Positions 51,601 to 64,000 are shown, numbered from the stretch's first letter. The stretch is DNA of 64,000 bases from Mantamonas sphyraenae STR306 (GCA_026936335.1 JAPMXV010000029.1:687366-751365); one strand, 5' to 3'. Notes: generated from the letters alone by a model not told the origin. Numbers and translations: made by a program.

Positions 51601-54600
51601 TGAGTGTGGCGGACGTGGACGTTGCCGGCGGAGCGATGAACGTGAACGTGAGTGTGAGTGCTGGCCGAGTGTGGCTGGCGAGCACGAACGGCCTTGTGTT
51701 CAGTGCAGGCAACGGCAGCAGCGACGGACGGGTGGAGTTCAGCGGCAGCGTGACGGATGTGAACAACGCGCTGGCGACAGTTGTGTACATGCCGGACAGT
51801 GCGTTCAACGGAGTGGACAGCATTGTGGTGAGCGTGAACGACGGTGGCAACACGGGCAGTGGCGGAGTGCTTGGAGACAGTGGCAGCATTGTTGTGACTG
51901 TGCTGAGCGTGAACGACGCGCCTGTGCTGAGTGTGCCGAGTGGACAGAGCGGCGTTGAGGACACGGATCTGACGATTGGTGGCATCAGCGTGAGCGATGT
52001 GGACATTGCGGGCAGTCTGCTGCTGGTGAACGTGAGCGCAAGCCAGGGTGTGGTGACACTGGGCAGCATGAGCGGCGTGACGATTGTGGACGGAGCAGCA
52101 TCGGGCACGAAGGATGTGCGCTTTGTGGCGACGCTGACAAACGCAAACGCGGCGCTGAACAACATTGTGTACCGTGGAGACGCGCAGTACAATGGAGGAG
52201 ACACGATCACGTGTGACAGTGAACGACCAGGGAGCAAGTGGCACGGGTGGAGCACTGGGCGACACGCGCACGATTGGTGTGAGTGTGAGTGCGGTGAACG
52301 ACGCGCCTGTGTTGACTGTGCCTGGTGGACAGAACGTGAACGAGGAGACCGACCTGACGATCGGCGGTATCAGCGTGGCAGATGTGGACGCAGCAGCCGG
52401 TATGGTTGCCGTGAACGTGAGTGTGACGTCTGGTCAGATGTGGCTGGGCAGCACGAGCGGCCTTGTGTTTGGTGCTGGCAACGGCAGCAGCGACGCAACG
52501 GTGCGTTTCACGGGCACGTTGACCAACGTGAACGCAGCGCTGACGAACCTGGTGTATCGTGGCAACGCGAACTTCCAGGGCACGGACAGCGTGGTGTTGA
52601 GTGTGAACGATCTGGGCAACACGGGCGCGGGTGGAGCGCTGGGTGACAGTGCCGTGATTGTGGTGACTGTGGCCGAAGTGAACGATGCGCCTGTGCTGAC
52701 GGCACCGGCCACTGTGAGTGTGAACGAAGACACGAGCAGTGCCATTGGCGGTCTGAGCGTGGTCGATGGCGACGTTGGCAGCGCGCGCATGCAACTGCGT
52801 CTGAGTGTGTCACAGGGTGTGTTGAGCCTGGGTAGCACAAGCGGACTGTTGTTTGCTGTTGGTGACGGCGTGTCTGACAGCACGATTGAGTGCAACGGCA
52901 CGGTGACGGATGTGAACGCGGCTTTGGGCAGCGTGACGTACGTGGCAAACAGCAACTACAACGGAGCGGATACGCTGGCTGTGTTTGTGGACGACCTCGG
53001 CAACAGTGGTCTGGGAGGAGCACTGAACGACACGGCGAACGTGGCGATCACAGTTGTGGCTGTGAACGACGGCCCTGTGCTGAGTGTTGTGTCTGCACAG
53101 AGTGTGGCTGAGGACGTGGATCTGACGATCAACGGCATCAGCGTGACGGACGTGGACGTTGCAGGCAACGCATTCCAGGCGAACGTGAGCGTGAGCCAGG
53201 GTGTGGTGACCGCAGTGACGACGACGGGCCTGACATTCAGTGTTGGCGACGGTGCGTCGGACGCGACGATGAGCTTCACGGGCACGCTGACCCAGGTGCA
53301 GACGGCACTGGGTGTGCTGGTGTACCGCGGGGCACAGGATTACAACGGCGCAGACACGCTTGTGGTGCGCGTGAGTGACCTGGGCAACGTGGGTGTGGGG
53401 GGAGAGTTGACAGACAGCGGCAGCGTGGGCATCACGGTGACGCAGGTGAACGACCGCCCTGCCATCACACCTGTGGGTGGAGTGAACGTGGACGAGGACA
53501 CGGATCTGACGATTGCAGGCATCACTGTGACGGACATTGACGTGGGCGGAGAGTCCATGGAGATGAACTTGACGGTGACGCATGGTGTGCTGACGAGCGT
53601 GAACGCAGGCGGCGTGACGTTTGTGTCTGGCACAAGCAACGGAGGACGCAGTCTGGTGCTGAACGGCACGGTGACGGCGCTGAACGCGGCCATCGGGCAG
53701 GTGGTGTACCACGGCGACCTGCACTTCTTTGGCAGCGACTCGCTCGAACTGAGCGTGCGCGACAAGGGCAACACGGGAGCCGGCGGTGAGCAGACAGACA
53801 GCCAGAGTGTGGCGATCACTGTGAATGGTGTGAACGACGCGCTGGTGATCACTCTGCCGAGTGCACAGAGTGTGGCTGAGGACACGGATCTGACGATTGG
53901 TGGCATCAGCGTGAGCGATGTGGACGTGGCCGGGTTTGCGTTCCGAGTGAACGTGAGTGTGAGCGCAGGCAGCCTGTGGCTGGGCAGCACGACGGGTCTG
54001 ACGTTTGGCAGTGGCGACGGAGTGAACGACACGTGGATTGTGTTTGACGGGTCGATCACGGCTGTGAACGCAGCACTGTCGAACATGGTGTACCGTGGAG
54101 TGACACAGTACAACGGAGCAGACGGGCTTGTTGTGTGGGTGTCTGACCAGGGAGCAGTCGGCAGCGGTGGTGAGCAGGTGTCGAACAAGACGCTTGTGAT
54201 CAACGTGGTGGCTGTGAACGACGCACCTGTGCTGAGTGTGCCTGGGGCACAGAGCACGGCCGAGGACACTGCGCTGACAGTGAGCGGCGTGAGTGTGGCG
54301 GACGTGGACGTTGCCGGCGGAGCGATGAACGTGAACGTGAGTGTGAGTGCTGGCCGAGTGTGGCTGGCGAGCACGAACGGCCTTGTGTTCAGTGCAGGCA
54401 ACGGCAGCAGCGACGGACGGGTGGAGTTCAGCGGCAGCGTGACGGATGTGAACAACGCGCTGGCGACAGTTGTGTACATGCCGGACAGTGCGTTCAACGG
54501 AGTGGACAGCATTGTGGTGAGCGTGAACGACGGTGGCAACACGGGCAGTGGCGGAGTGCTTGGAGACAGTGGCAGCATTGTTGTGACTGTGTCGAGCGTG

Positions 54601-57600
54601 AACGACGCGCCTGTGCTGAGTGTGCCGAGTGGACAGAGCGGCGTTGAGGACACGGATCTGACGATTGGTGGCATCAGCGTGAGCGATGTGGACATTGCGG
54701 GCAGTCTGCTGCTGGTGAACGTGAGCGCAAGCCAGGGTGTGGTGACACTGGGCAGCATGAGCGGCGTGACGATTGTGGACGGAGCAGCATCGGGCACGAA
54801 GGATGTGCGCTTTGTGGCGACGCTGACAAACGCAAACGCGGCGCTGAACAACATTGTGTACCGTGGAGACGCGCAGTACAATGGAGGAGACACGATCACG
54901 GTGACAGTGAACGACCAGGGAGCAAGTGGCACGGGTGGAGCACTGGGCGACACGCGCACGATTGGTGTGAGTGTGAGTGCGGTGAACGACGCGCCTGTGT
55001 TGACTGTGCCTGGTGGACAGAACGTGAACGAGGACGTTCAGTTGACGATCACGGGTGTTTCGGTGACCGACGTCGACGTGGGTGCAGGGCTGCTGCAAGT
55101 CAACGTGAGTGTGGCTTCCGGTCGTGTGTGGTTGAAGTCCCTGGCCGGCCTTGGAGTGGAAGCAGGCAGTGGCAGCGGTGATGCCAGCCTGCGTGTGGTC
55201 GGCAACCTGACGTCTGTGAATGCGGCGCTGTCCGAGATGGTGTACCAGGGCAACCTGCACTTTGTGGGTGCCGACAGCTTGGCGATTGCAGTGAACGATC
55301 TGGGCAACACCGGGTCGGGTGGTGCTTTGGGCGATGCACAGAGCATTGCGGTGACTGTGGCAGGTGTGAACGACGCGCCTGTTCTGAGTGTGCCGAGTGC
55401 GCAGAGCGGCATGGAGGACACGGACATTGCGCTCGGTGGCATCAGCGTGAGCGATGTGGACGTGGCTGCGAACGAACTTGTGGTTGATCTGCAGGTGAGC
55501 AGCGGTGTTCTGACGCTTGGCGGCACGACGACGGGCCTGACGTTTGTGACGGGCGGTCCGTCGCTGAACGCCGTGATGCGCTTCCGAGGCAGCCTGACGA
55601 ACATCAACACGGCGATGAGCAGTGTGGTGTACCGTGGCAACACGCACTACAACGGAGCGGACACGGTGCTGGTTACTGTGAACGACCAGGGAGCCGTGGG
55701 CATTGGTGGTGCTCTGAGCGATGCGGCCAATGTGTCTGTGACTGTGAATGCTGTGAACGACGCACCTTCGGTCGCTGTGGGTGGAGCCCAGAATGTGGAC
55801 GAAGACGAACTCCTCGGTGTCACAGGGATCTCTGTGGCGGATGTGGATGTCGCTGGAACAAGCATGACGGTGAACGTAAGCGTGAGCCGTGGTGTGTTGA
55901 CCCTGGGTTCGTCGACGGGACTTGTGTTTTCAAGTGGCGACGGAGCTGCTGATGCGTCGATGGTGTTTTCAGGCACGCTGACGAGTGTGAACAGTGCGTT
56001 GGCGACGCTGCAGTACCAGGGCAACCTGGACTTCAACGGATTGGACAACGTGGTCGTTGGCGTTAGTGACAACGGAGGTACTGGAGCTGGTGGGGCGCTG
56101 TCAGCTTCCGCCAGCAAGCTTCTGGTTGTGAACGCGGTGAACGACAAGGTGAACATCACGGTGCTGGACACGCAGAGCGTGAACGAGGACACGGACCTGA
56201 CCATGTATGGCATCAGCATCTCTGATGTGGACATTGGAGGCGACACGATGCTTGTGAACGTGACGGTGACGGAGGGCCTTGTGAGCCTTGGCAACACTGC
56301 AGGGTTGACGTTTACGCAGGGTGACGGTGCGGCGGACGCGGATGTGCGCTTCTCGGGCAACCTGACGGCAATCAACGCGGCGCTGAACGGCCTTGTGTAT
56401 CGCGGTGCGCAGCACTGGAATGGTGCTGAGCTGCTGCGTGTGTGGGCGTCTGATCAGGGCTTCGGCAGTGCGAACGGCACGGTGACGGAGACGGAGAAGC
56501 TTCAGGTGATCAACGTGCTTGCTGTAAACGACGCGCCTGTGATCGGTGTGACAAGCAGCAGCGTGGCGACGGCTGAGGATGTGAGCGTGAATGTGACTGG
56601 CCTGAGTGTGAGTGACGTTGACGTGATGGCATCTGCAGTGTCTGTGAATCTGACTGCGACCAGTGGTGTGATGACGCTCGGATCGACGAGTGGGCTCGCT
56701 TTCACGCTTGGCAGTGGCAACTCGAACAAGGAGATGCAGTTCTCGGGCACCTTGACTGCAGTGAACGCTGCGTTGGCATCTGGCGTGTCGTATGTGGGAG
56801 ATGTGCATTTCAACGGGGCCGACAGCATTGTGGTGACTGTGAGTGACCAGGGTGCAAGTGGATCTGGTGGAGAACAGACGGCAACGGCGACGATCGCTGT
56901 GAGCGTGAGCGCTGTGAACGACGGGCCTGTATTGAGTGTGCCCAGTGCACAGAACGCGGTGGAGGACACTGATCTGACGATCGGTGGCATTAGCGTGAGT
57001 GACGTGGATGTGGCGGGCAGCAACGTGCGTTTCAACGTGAGCGTTAGCAACGGTCGCGTTTGGTTGGCAAGCACGACGGGCCTTGTGTTCGCAGAGGGCG
57101 ACGGAGTGTCTGATGTGCGTGTGCGTGCAGAGGGCACGCTGACCGCGGTGAACGCGGCACTTGCCAGCGTTGTCTACCACGGCGATGCCAACTTTGTCGG
57201 TGTGGATAGCCTGCTTGTCTCTGTGGATGACAATGGCAACACCGGAAGTGGTGGCGTTTTGTCTGCGTCGAAGTGTGGTGAGTGAGCATCGTGGTCGCGA
57301 GTGTGAACGATGGACCTGTGCTGAGCGTGCCTGGTGGTCAGAGCGCTGTGGAAGACACGACGCTGGTGATCAACGGGATCAGTGTGAGCGACACGGACGC
57401 GGGAACGGGACAGATGTACTTCAATGTGACGAGCGTGAACGGTGTTGTGACTTTTGGCACAACCACGGGTTTCACGTTTGTGGTTGGCGACGGAGTGTCA
57501 GACAGCCGTGTGGAGTTCACGGCATCGCAGCAGGCGTTCAACGCGTCGATGATTGCGAGTGGCCTGGCGTATCGCGGCAACGCCCACTTTGAAGGAGCAG

Positions 57601-60600
57601 ATGTGATCACGTTGACAGTGAATGATCAAGGCAACACGGGCGGATCGGCATTGAACGACACGCGCACGATTGGTGTGAGTGTGAGTGCGGTGAACGACGC
57701 GCCTGTGCTGACTGTGCCCGGTGGACAGAACGTGAACGAGGAGACCGACCTGACGATCGGCGGTATCAGCGTGGCAGATGTGGACGCAGCAGCCGGTGTG
57801 GTTGCCGTGAACGTGAGTGTGACGTCTGGTCAGATGTGGCTGGGCAGCACGAGCGGCCTTGTGTTTGGTGCTGGCAACGGCAGCAGCGACGCAACGGTGC
57901 GTTTCACGGGCACGTTGACCAACGTGAACGCAGCGCTGACGAACCTGGTGTATCGTGGCAACGCGAACTTCCAGGGCACGGACAGCGTGGTGTTGAGTGT
58001 GAACGATCTGGGCAACACGGGCGCGGGTGGAGCGCTGGGTGACAGTGCCGTGATTGTGGTGACTGTGGCCGAAGTGAACGATGCGCCTGTGCTGACGGCA
58101 CCGGCCACTGTGAGTGTGAACGAAGACACGAGCAGTGCCATTGGCGGTCTGAGCGTGGTCGATGGCGACGTTGGCAGCGCGCGCATGCAACTGCGTCTGA
58201 GTGTGTCACAGGGTGTGTTGAGCCTGGGTAGCACAAGCGGACTGTTGTTTGCTGTTGGTGACGGCGTGTCTGACAGCACGATTGAGTGCAACGGCACGGT
58301 GACGGATGTGAACGCGGCTTTGGGCAGCGTGACGTACGTGGCAAACAGCAACTACAACGGAGCGGATACGCTGGCTGTGTTTGTGGACGACCTCGGCAAC
58401 AGTGGTCTGGGAGGAGCACTGAACGACACGGCGAACGTGGCGATCACGGTTGTGGCTGTGAACGACGGCCCTGTGCTGAGTGTTGTGTCTGCACAGAGTG
58501 TGGCTGAGGACGTGGATCTGACGATCAACGGCATCAGCGTGACGGACGTGGACGTTGCAGGCAACGCATTGCAGGCGAACGTGAGCGTGAGCCAGGGTGT
58601 GGTGACCGCAGTGACGACGACGGGCCTGACATTCAGTGTTGGGCGACGGTGCGTCGGACGCGACGATGAGCTTCACGGGCACGCTGACCCAGGTGCAGAC
58701 GGCACTGGGTGTGCTGGTGTACCGCGGGGCACAGGATTACAACGGCGCAGACACGCTTGTGGTGCGCGTGAGTGACCTGGGCAACGTGGGTGTGGGCGGA
58801 GAGTTGACAGACAGCGGCAGCGTGGGCATCACGGTGACGCAGGTGAACGACCGCCCTGCCATCACACCTGTGGGTGGAGTGAACGTGGACGAGGACACGG
58901 ATCTGACGATTGCAGGCATCACTGTGACGGACATTGACGTGGGCGGAGAGTCCATGGAGATGAACTTGACGGTGACGCATGGTGTGCTGACAAGCGTGAA
59001 CGCAGGCGGCGTGACGTTTGTGTCTGGCACGAGCAACGGAGGACGCAGTCTGGTGCTGAACGGCACGGTGACGGCGCTGAACGCGGCCATCGGGCAGGTG
59101 GTGTACCACGGCGACCTGCACTTCTTTGGCAGCGACTCGCTCGAACTGAGCGTGCGCGACAAGGGCAACACGGGAGCCGGCGGTGAGCAGACAGACAGCC
59201 AGAGTGTGGCGATCACTGTGAATGGTGTGAACGATGCGCTGGTGATCACTCTGCCGAGTGCACAGAGTGTGGCTGAGGACACGGATCTGACGATTGGTGG
59301 CATCAGCGTGAGCGATGTGGACGTGGCCGGATTTGCGTTCCGAGTGAACGTGAGTGTGAGCGCAGGCAGCCTGTGGCTGGGCAGCACGACGGGTCTGACG
59401 TTTGGCAGTGGCGACGGAGTGAACGACACGTGGATTGTGTTTGACGGGTCGATCACGGCTGTGAACGCAGCACTGTCGAACATGGTGTACCGTGGAGTGA
59501 CACACAGTACAACGGAGCAGACGGGCTTGTTGTGTGGGTGTCTGACCAGGGAGCAGTCGGCAGCGGTGGTGAGCAGGTGTCGAACAAGACGCTTGTGATC
59601 AACGTGGTGGCTGTGAACGATGCACCTGTGCTGAGTGTGCCTGGGGCACAGAGCACGGCCGAGGACACTGCGCTGACAGTGAGCGGCGTGAGTGTGGCGG
59701 ACGTGGACGTCGCGGGCGGAGCGATGAACGTGAACGTGAGTGTGAGTGCTGGCCGAGTGTGGCTGGCGAGCACGAACGGCCTTGTGTTCAGTGCAGGCAA
59801 CGGCAGCAGCGACGGACGGGTGGAGTTCAGCGGCAGCGTGACGGATGTGAACAACGCGCTGGCGACAGTTGTGTACATGCCGGACAGTGCGTTCAACGGA
59901 GTGGACAGCATTGTGGTGAGCGTGAACGACGGTGGCAACACGGGCAGTGGCGGAGTGCTTGGAGACAGTGGCAGCATTGTTGTGACTGTGTCGAGCGTGA
60001 ACGACGCGCCTGTGCTGAGTGTGCCGAGTGGACAGAGCGGCGTTGAGGACACGGATCTGACGATTGGTGGCATCAGCGTGAGCGATGTGGACATTGCGGG
60101 CAGTCTGCTGCTGGTGAACGTGAGCGCAAGCCAGGGTGTGGTGACACTGGGCAGCATGAGCGGCGTGACGATTGTGGACGGAGCAGCATCGGGCACGAAG
60201 GATGTGCGCTTTGTGGCGACGCTGACAAACGCAAACGCGGCGCTGAACAACATTGTGTACCGTGGAGACGCGCAGTACAATGGAGGAGACACGATCACGG
60301 TGACAGTGAACGACCAGGGAGCAAGTGGCACGGGTGGAGCACTGGGCGACACGCGCACGATTGGTGTGAGTGTGAGTGCGGTGAACGACGCGCCTGTGTT
60401 GACTGTGCCTGGTGGACAGAACGTGAACGAGGAGACCGACCTGACGATCGGCGGTATCAGCGTGGCAGATGTGGACGCAGCAGCCGGTGTGGTTGCCGTG
60501 AACGTGAGTGTGACGTCTGGTCAGATGTGGCTGGGCAGCACGAGCGGCCTTGTGTTTGGTGCTGGCAACGGCAGCAGCGACGCAACGGTGCGTTTCACGG

Positions 60601-63600
60601 GCACGTTGACCAACGTGAACGCAGCGCTGACGAACCTGGTGTATCGTGGCAACGCGAACTTCCAGGGCACGGACAGCGTGGTGTTGAGTGTGAACGATCT
60701 GGGCAACACGGGCGCGGGTGGAGCGCTGGGTGACAGTGCCGTGATTGTGGTGACTGTGGCCGAAGTGAACGATGCGCCTGTGCTGACGGCACCGGTCACT
60801 GTGAGTGTGAACGAAGACACGAGCAGTGCCATTGGCGGTCTGAGCGTGGTCGATGGCGACGTTGGCAGCGCGCGCATGCAACTGCGTCTGAGTGTGTCAC
60901 AGGTGTGTTGAGCCTGGGTAGCACAAGCGGACTGTTGTTTGCTGTTGGTGACGGCGTGTCTGACAGCACGATTGAGTGCAACGGCACGGTGACGGATGTG
61001 AACGCGGCTTTGGGCAGCGTGACGTACGTGGCAAACAGCAACTACAACGGAGCGGATACGCTGGCTGTGTTTGTGGACGACCTCGGCAACAGTGGTCTGG
61101 GAGGAGCACTGAACGACACGGCGAACGTGGCGATCACGGTTGTGGCTGTGAACGACGGCCCTGTGCTGAGTGTTGTGTCTGCACAGAGTGTGGCTGAGGA
61201 CGTGGATCTGACGATCAACGGCATCAGCGTGACGGACGTGGACGTTGCGGGCAACGCATTGCAGGCGAACGTGAGCGTGAGCCAGGGTGTGGTGACCGCA
61301 GTGACGACGACGGGCCTGACATTCAGTGTGGGCGACGGTGCGTCGGACGCGACGATGAGCTTCACGGGCACGCTGACCCAGGTGCAGACGGCACTGGGTG
61401 TGCTGGTGTACCGCGGGGCACAGGATTACAACGGCGCAGACACGCTTGTGGTGCGCGTGAGTGACCTGGGCAACGTGGGTGTGGGCGGAGAGTTGACAGA
61501 CAGCGGGCAGCGTGGGCATCACGGTGACGCAGGTGAACGACCGCCCTGCCATCACACCTGTGGGTGGAGTGAACGTGGACGAGGACACGGATCTGACGAT
61601 TGCAGGCATCACTGTGACGGACATTGACGTGGGCGGAGAGTCCATGGAGATGAACTTGACGGTGACGCATGGTGTGCTGACGAGCGTGAACGCAGGCGGC
61701 GTGACGTTTGTGTCTGGCACAAGCAACGGAGGACGCAGTCTGGTGCTGAACGGCACGGTGACGGCGCTGAACGCGGCCATCGGGCAGGTGGTGTACCACG
61801 GCGACCTGCACTTCTTTGGCAGCGACTCGCTCGAACTGAGCGTGCGCGACAAGGGCAACACGGGAGCCGGCGGTGAGCAGACAGACAGCCAGAGTGTGGC
61901 GATCACTGTGAATGGTGTGAACGACGCGCTGGTGATCACTCTGCCGAGTGCACAGAGTGTGGCTGAGGACACGGATCTGACGATTGGTGGCATCAGCGTG
62001 AGCGATGTGGACGTGGCCGGATTTGCGTTCCGAGTGAACGTGAGTGTGAGCGCAGGCAGCCTGTGGCTGGGCAGCACGACGGGTCTGACGTTTGGCAGTG
62101 GCGACGGAGTGAACGACACGTGGATTGTGTTTGACGGGTCGATCACGGCTGTGAACGCAGCACTGTCGAACATGGTGTACCGTGGAGTGACACAGTACAA
62201 CGGAGCAGACGGGCTTGTTTGTGTGGGTGTCTGACCAGGGAGCAGTCGGGAGCGGTGGTGAGCAGGTGTCGAACAAGACGCTTGTGATCAACGTGGTGGC
62301 TGTGAACGACGCACCTGTGCTGAGTGTGCCTGGGCACAGAGCACGGCCGAGGACACTGCGCTGACAGTGAGCGGCGTGAGTGTGGCGGACGTGGACGTCG
62401 CGGGCGGAGCGATGAACGTGAACGTGAGTGTGAGTGCTGGCCGAGTGTGGCTGGCGAGCACGAACGGCCTTGTGTTCAGTGCAGGCAACGGCAGCAGCGA
62501 CGGACGGGTGGAGTTCAGCGGCAGCGTGACGGATGTGAACAACGCGCTGGCGACAGTTGTGTACATGCCGGACAGTGCGTTCAACGGAGTGGACAGCATT
62601 GTGGTGAGCGTGAACGACGGTGGCAACACGGGCAGTGGCGGAGTGCTTGGAGACAGTGGCAGCATTGTTGTGACTGTGTCGAGCGTGAACGACGCGCCTG
62701 TGCTGAGTGTGCCGAGTGGACAGAGCGGCGTTGAGGACACGGATCTGACGATTGGTGCATCAGCGTGAGCGATGTGGACATTGCGGGCAGTCTGCTGCTG
62801 GTGAACGTGAGCGCAAGCCAGGGTGTGGTGACACTGGGCAGCATGAGCGGCGTGACGATTGTGGACGGAGCAGCATCGGGCACGAAGGATGTGCGCTTTG
62901 TGGCGACGCTGACAAACGCAAACGCGGCGCTGAACAACATTGTGTACCGTGGAGACGCGCAGTACAATGGAGGAGACACGATCACGGTGACAGTGAACGA
63001 CCAGGGAGCTAGTGGCACGGGTGGAGCACTGGGCGACACGCGCACGATTGGTGTGAGTGTGAGTGCGGTGAACGACGCGCCTGTGCTGACTGTGCCTGGT
63101 GGACAGAACGTGAACGAGGAGACCGACCTGACGATCGGCGGTATCAGCGTGGCAGATGTGGACGCAGCAGCCGGTGTGGTTGCCGTGAACGTGAGTGTGA
63201 CGTCTGGTCAGATGTGGCTGGGCAGCACGAGCGGCCTTGTGTTTGGTGCTGGCAACGGCAGCAGCGACGCAACGGTGCGCTTCACGAGCACGTTGACCAA
63301 CGTGAACGCAGCGCTGACAACCTGGTGTATCGTGGCAACGCGAACTTCCAGGGCACGGACAGCGTGGTGTTGAGTGTGAACGATCTGGGCAACACGGGCG
63401 CGCGGGTGGAGCACTGGGTGACAGTGCCGTGATTGTGGTGACTGTGGCCGAAGTGAACGATGCGCCTGTGCTGACGGCACCGGCCACTGTGAGTGTGAAC
63501 GAGACACGAGCAGTGCCATTGGCGGTCTGAGCGTGGTCGATGGCGACGTTGGCAGCGCGCGCATGCAACTGCGTCTGAGTGTGTCACAGGTGTGTTGAGC

Positions 63601-64000
63601 CTGGGTAGTCACAAGCGGACTGTTGTTTGCTGTTGGTGAACGGCGTGTCTGACAGCACGATTGAGTGCAACGGCACGGTGACCGGATGTGAACGCCGGCT
63701 TTGGGCAAGCGTGACGTACGTGGCAAACAGCAACTACAACGGAGCGGATACGCTGGCTGTGTTTGTGGACGACCTCGGCAACAGTGGTCTGGGAGGAGCA
63801 CTGAACGACACGCGCGACGTGCGATCACGAAGTTGTGGCTGTGAACGACGGCCCCTGTGCTGAGTGTTTGTGTCTGCACAGAGTGTGGCTGAGGACGTGG
63901 ATCTGACGATCAACGGCATCACAGCGTGACGGACGTGGATGTTGCAGGCAACGCATTCCAGGCGACGGTGAGCGTGAGCCAGGGTGTGGTGAACCGCAGT
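24611..64000 (+). CDS. Giant secreted/cell-surface adhesin-like protein (more than about 12,700 aa, 3' truncated): SP - LamG-like - EGF - unknown domain - PSI - EGF array - 4 short Ig-like repeats - about 88 cadherin-like modules
   Basis: Exons 24611-24707, 24817-25231, 25445-25548, 25628-25711, 25873-25920, 26147-26290, 26417-26539 and 26670->64000 splice in frame with GT-AG. ORFs 26519, 28933, 41405, 44454, 52165, 57282 etc. continue the same protein across 1-2 nt indels. Confidence 0.9.
27410..28740 (+). other. Cys-rich PSI and EGF/laminin-EGF repeat block of the giant protein
   Basis: CGDCTADPLCGWC and CGDCVQRAGCGWC (PSI). Repeated C.gnG.C....C.C..GW.G..C (EGF). Confidence 0.85.
28757..29904 (+). 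repeat. Four ~95-96 aa Ig-like (tandem-95/Big_9-type) repeats
   Basis: Starts near 28757, 29044, 29332 and 29617 (285-288 bp apart). Motifs P..GT, Y.P..N..G.D.F, VND.P. Confidence 0.75.
29905..64000 (+). repeat. Array of ~128-aa cadherin-like/Ig-like modules (about 384-390 bp each, about 88 copies by length)
   Basis: Consensus VNDAP...ED..L.I.G.SV.DVD...VNVSV..G.L.L...GLTF..G.G..D...F.GT...VN.AL...VY.....G.D.L.V.V.D.G..G.GG.L. Confidence 0.92.
42650..64000 (+). repeat. Near-identical 7-module higher-order repeat (2,688 bp, modules A-G) in four blocks: ~42650-43897, ~47641-49609, ~50484-55032, ~57654-64000
   Basis: The DNA gtgaacgaccg(c/a)cctgccatcacacctgtgggtgg recurs at ~42650, 48051, 50757, 53446, 58844 and 61534. 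Confidence 0.92.

Noticed and set aside
28861-63900. Long minus-strand ORFs (up to 1301 aa) over the repeat array
   Set aside because: Antisense shadows caused by codon bias, with no independent protein features.
28885-64000. Frameshifts in the giant gene (~28890, 41470, 44585, 52212, 57272, 58641, 59501, 60902, 61505, 62219 and later) as programmed frameshifting or pseudogenisation
   Set aside because: They are 1-2 nt indels mostly in short runs, are absent from identical repeat copies, and become denser toward the window end. This pattern fits long-read consensus errors. Polishing would confirm.
42650-64000. CRISPR array, transposon or bacterial contamination
   Set aside because: The repeats are in-frame protein modules without spacers or transposase, and they are continuous with spliceosomal exons.

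Overview
This is gene-dense nuclear DNA from an unidentified unicellular eukaryote: standard genetic code, mostly GT-AG introns of about 80-500 nt, frequent CTGAC/CTCAC branch sites. Positions 1-24.6 kb hold about 15 tightly packed genes: a multi-pass membrane protein, a START protein, SRP54, USP39/Sad1, a putative Ig-fold transcription factor, an OS-9-like lectin, ATP synthase subunit d, a RING-TM-ankyrin protein, a secreted PLA2, a Rab32/38-like GTPase, an SLC43-like MFS transporter, an orphan, an LRR protein, a SID-1 family protein and a protein with a toxin-nuclease-like C-terminus. Many spacers are only 28-80 bp. From 24611 to the window end is one giant secreted/surface protein gene (more than about 12,700 aa, truncated, with a single exon over 37 kb). 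Its order is signal peptide, LamG-like domain, EGF, PSI, EGF array, four ~95-aa Ig-like repeats and roughly 88 bacterial-adhesin-type ~128-aa cadherin-like modules. The modules form nested higher-order repeats: a 7-module 2,688-bp unit and an older ~10.8-kb unit. Its frameshifts look like long-read indel errors. G/C strand asymmetry is independent of gene direction and flips near 24.6 kb. All homology calls come from motif recognition, not database searches.
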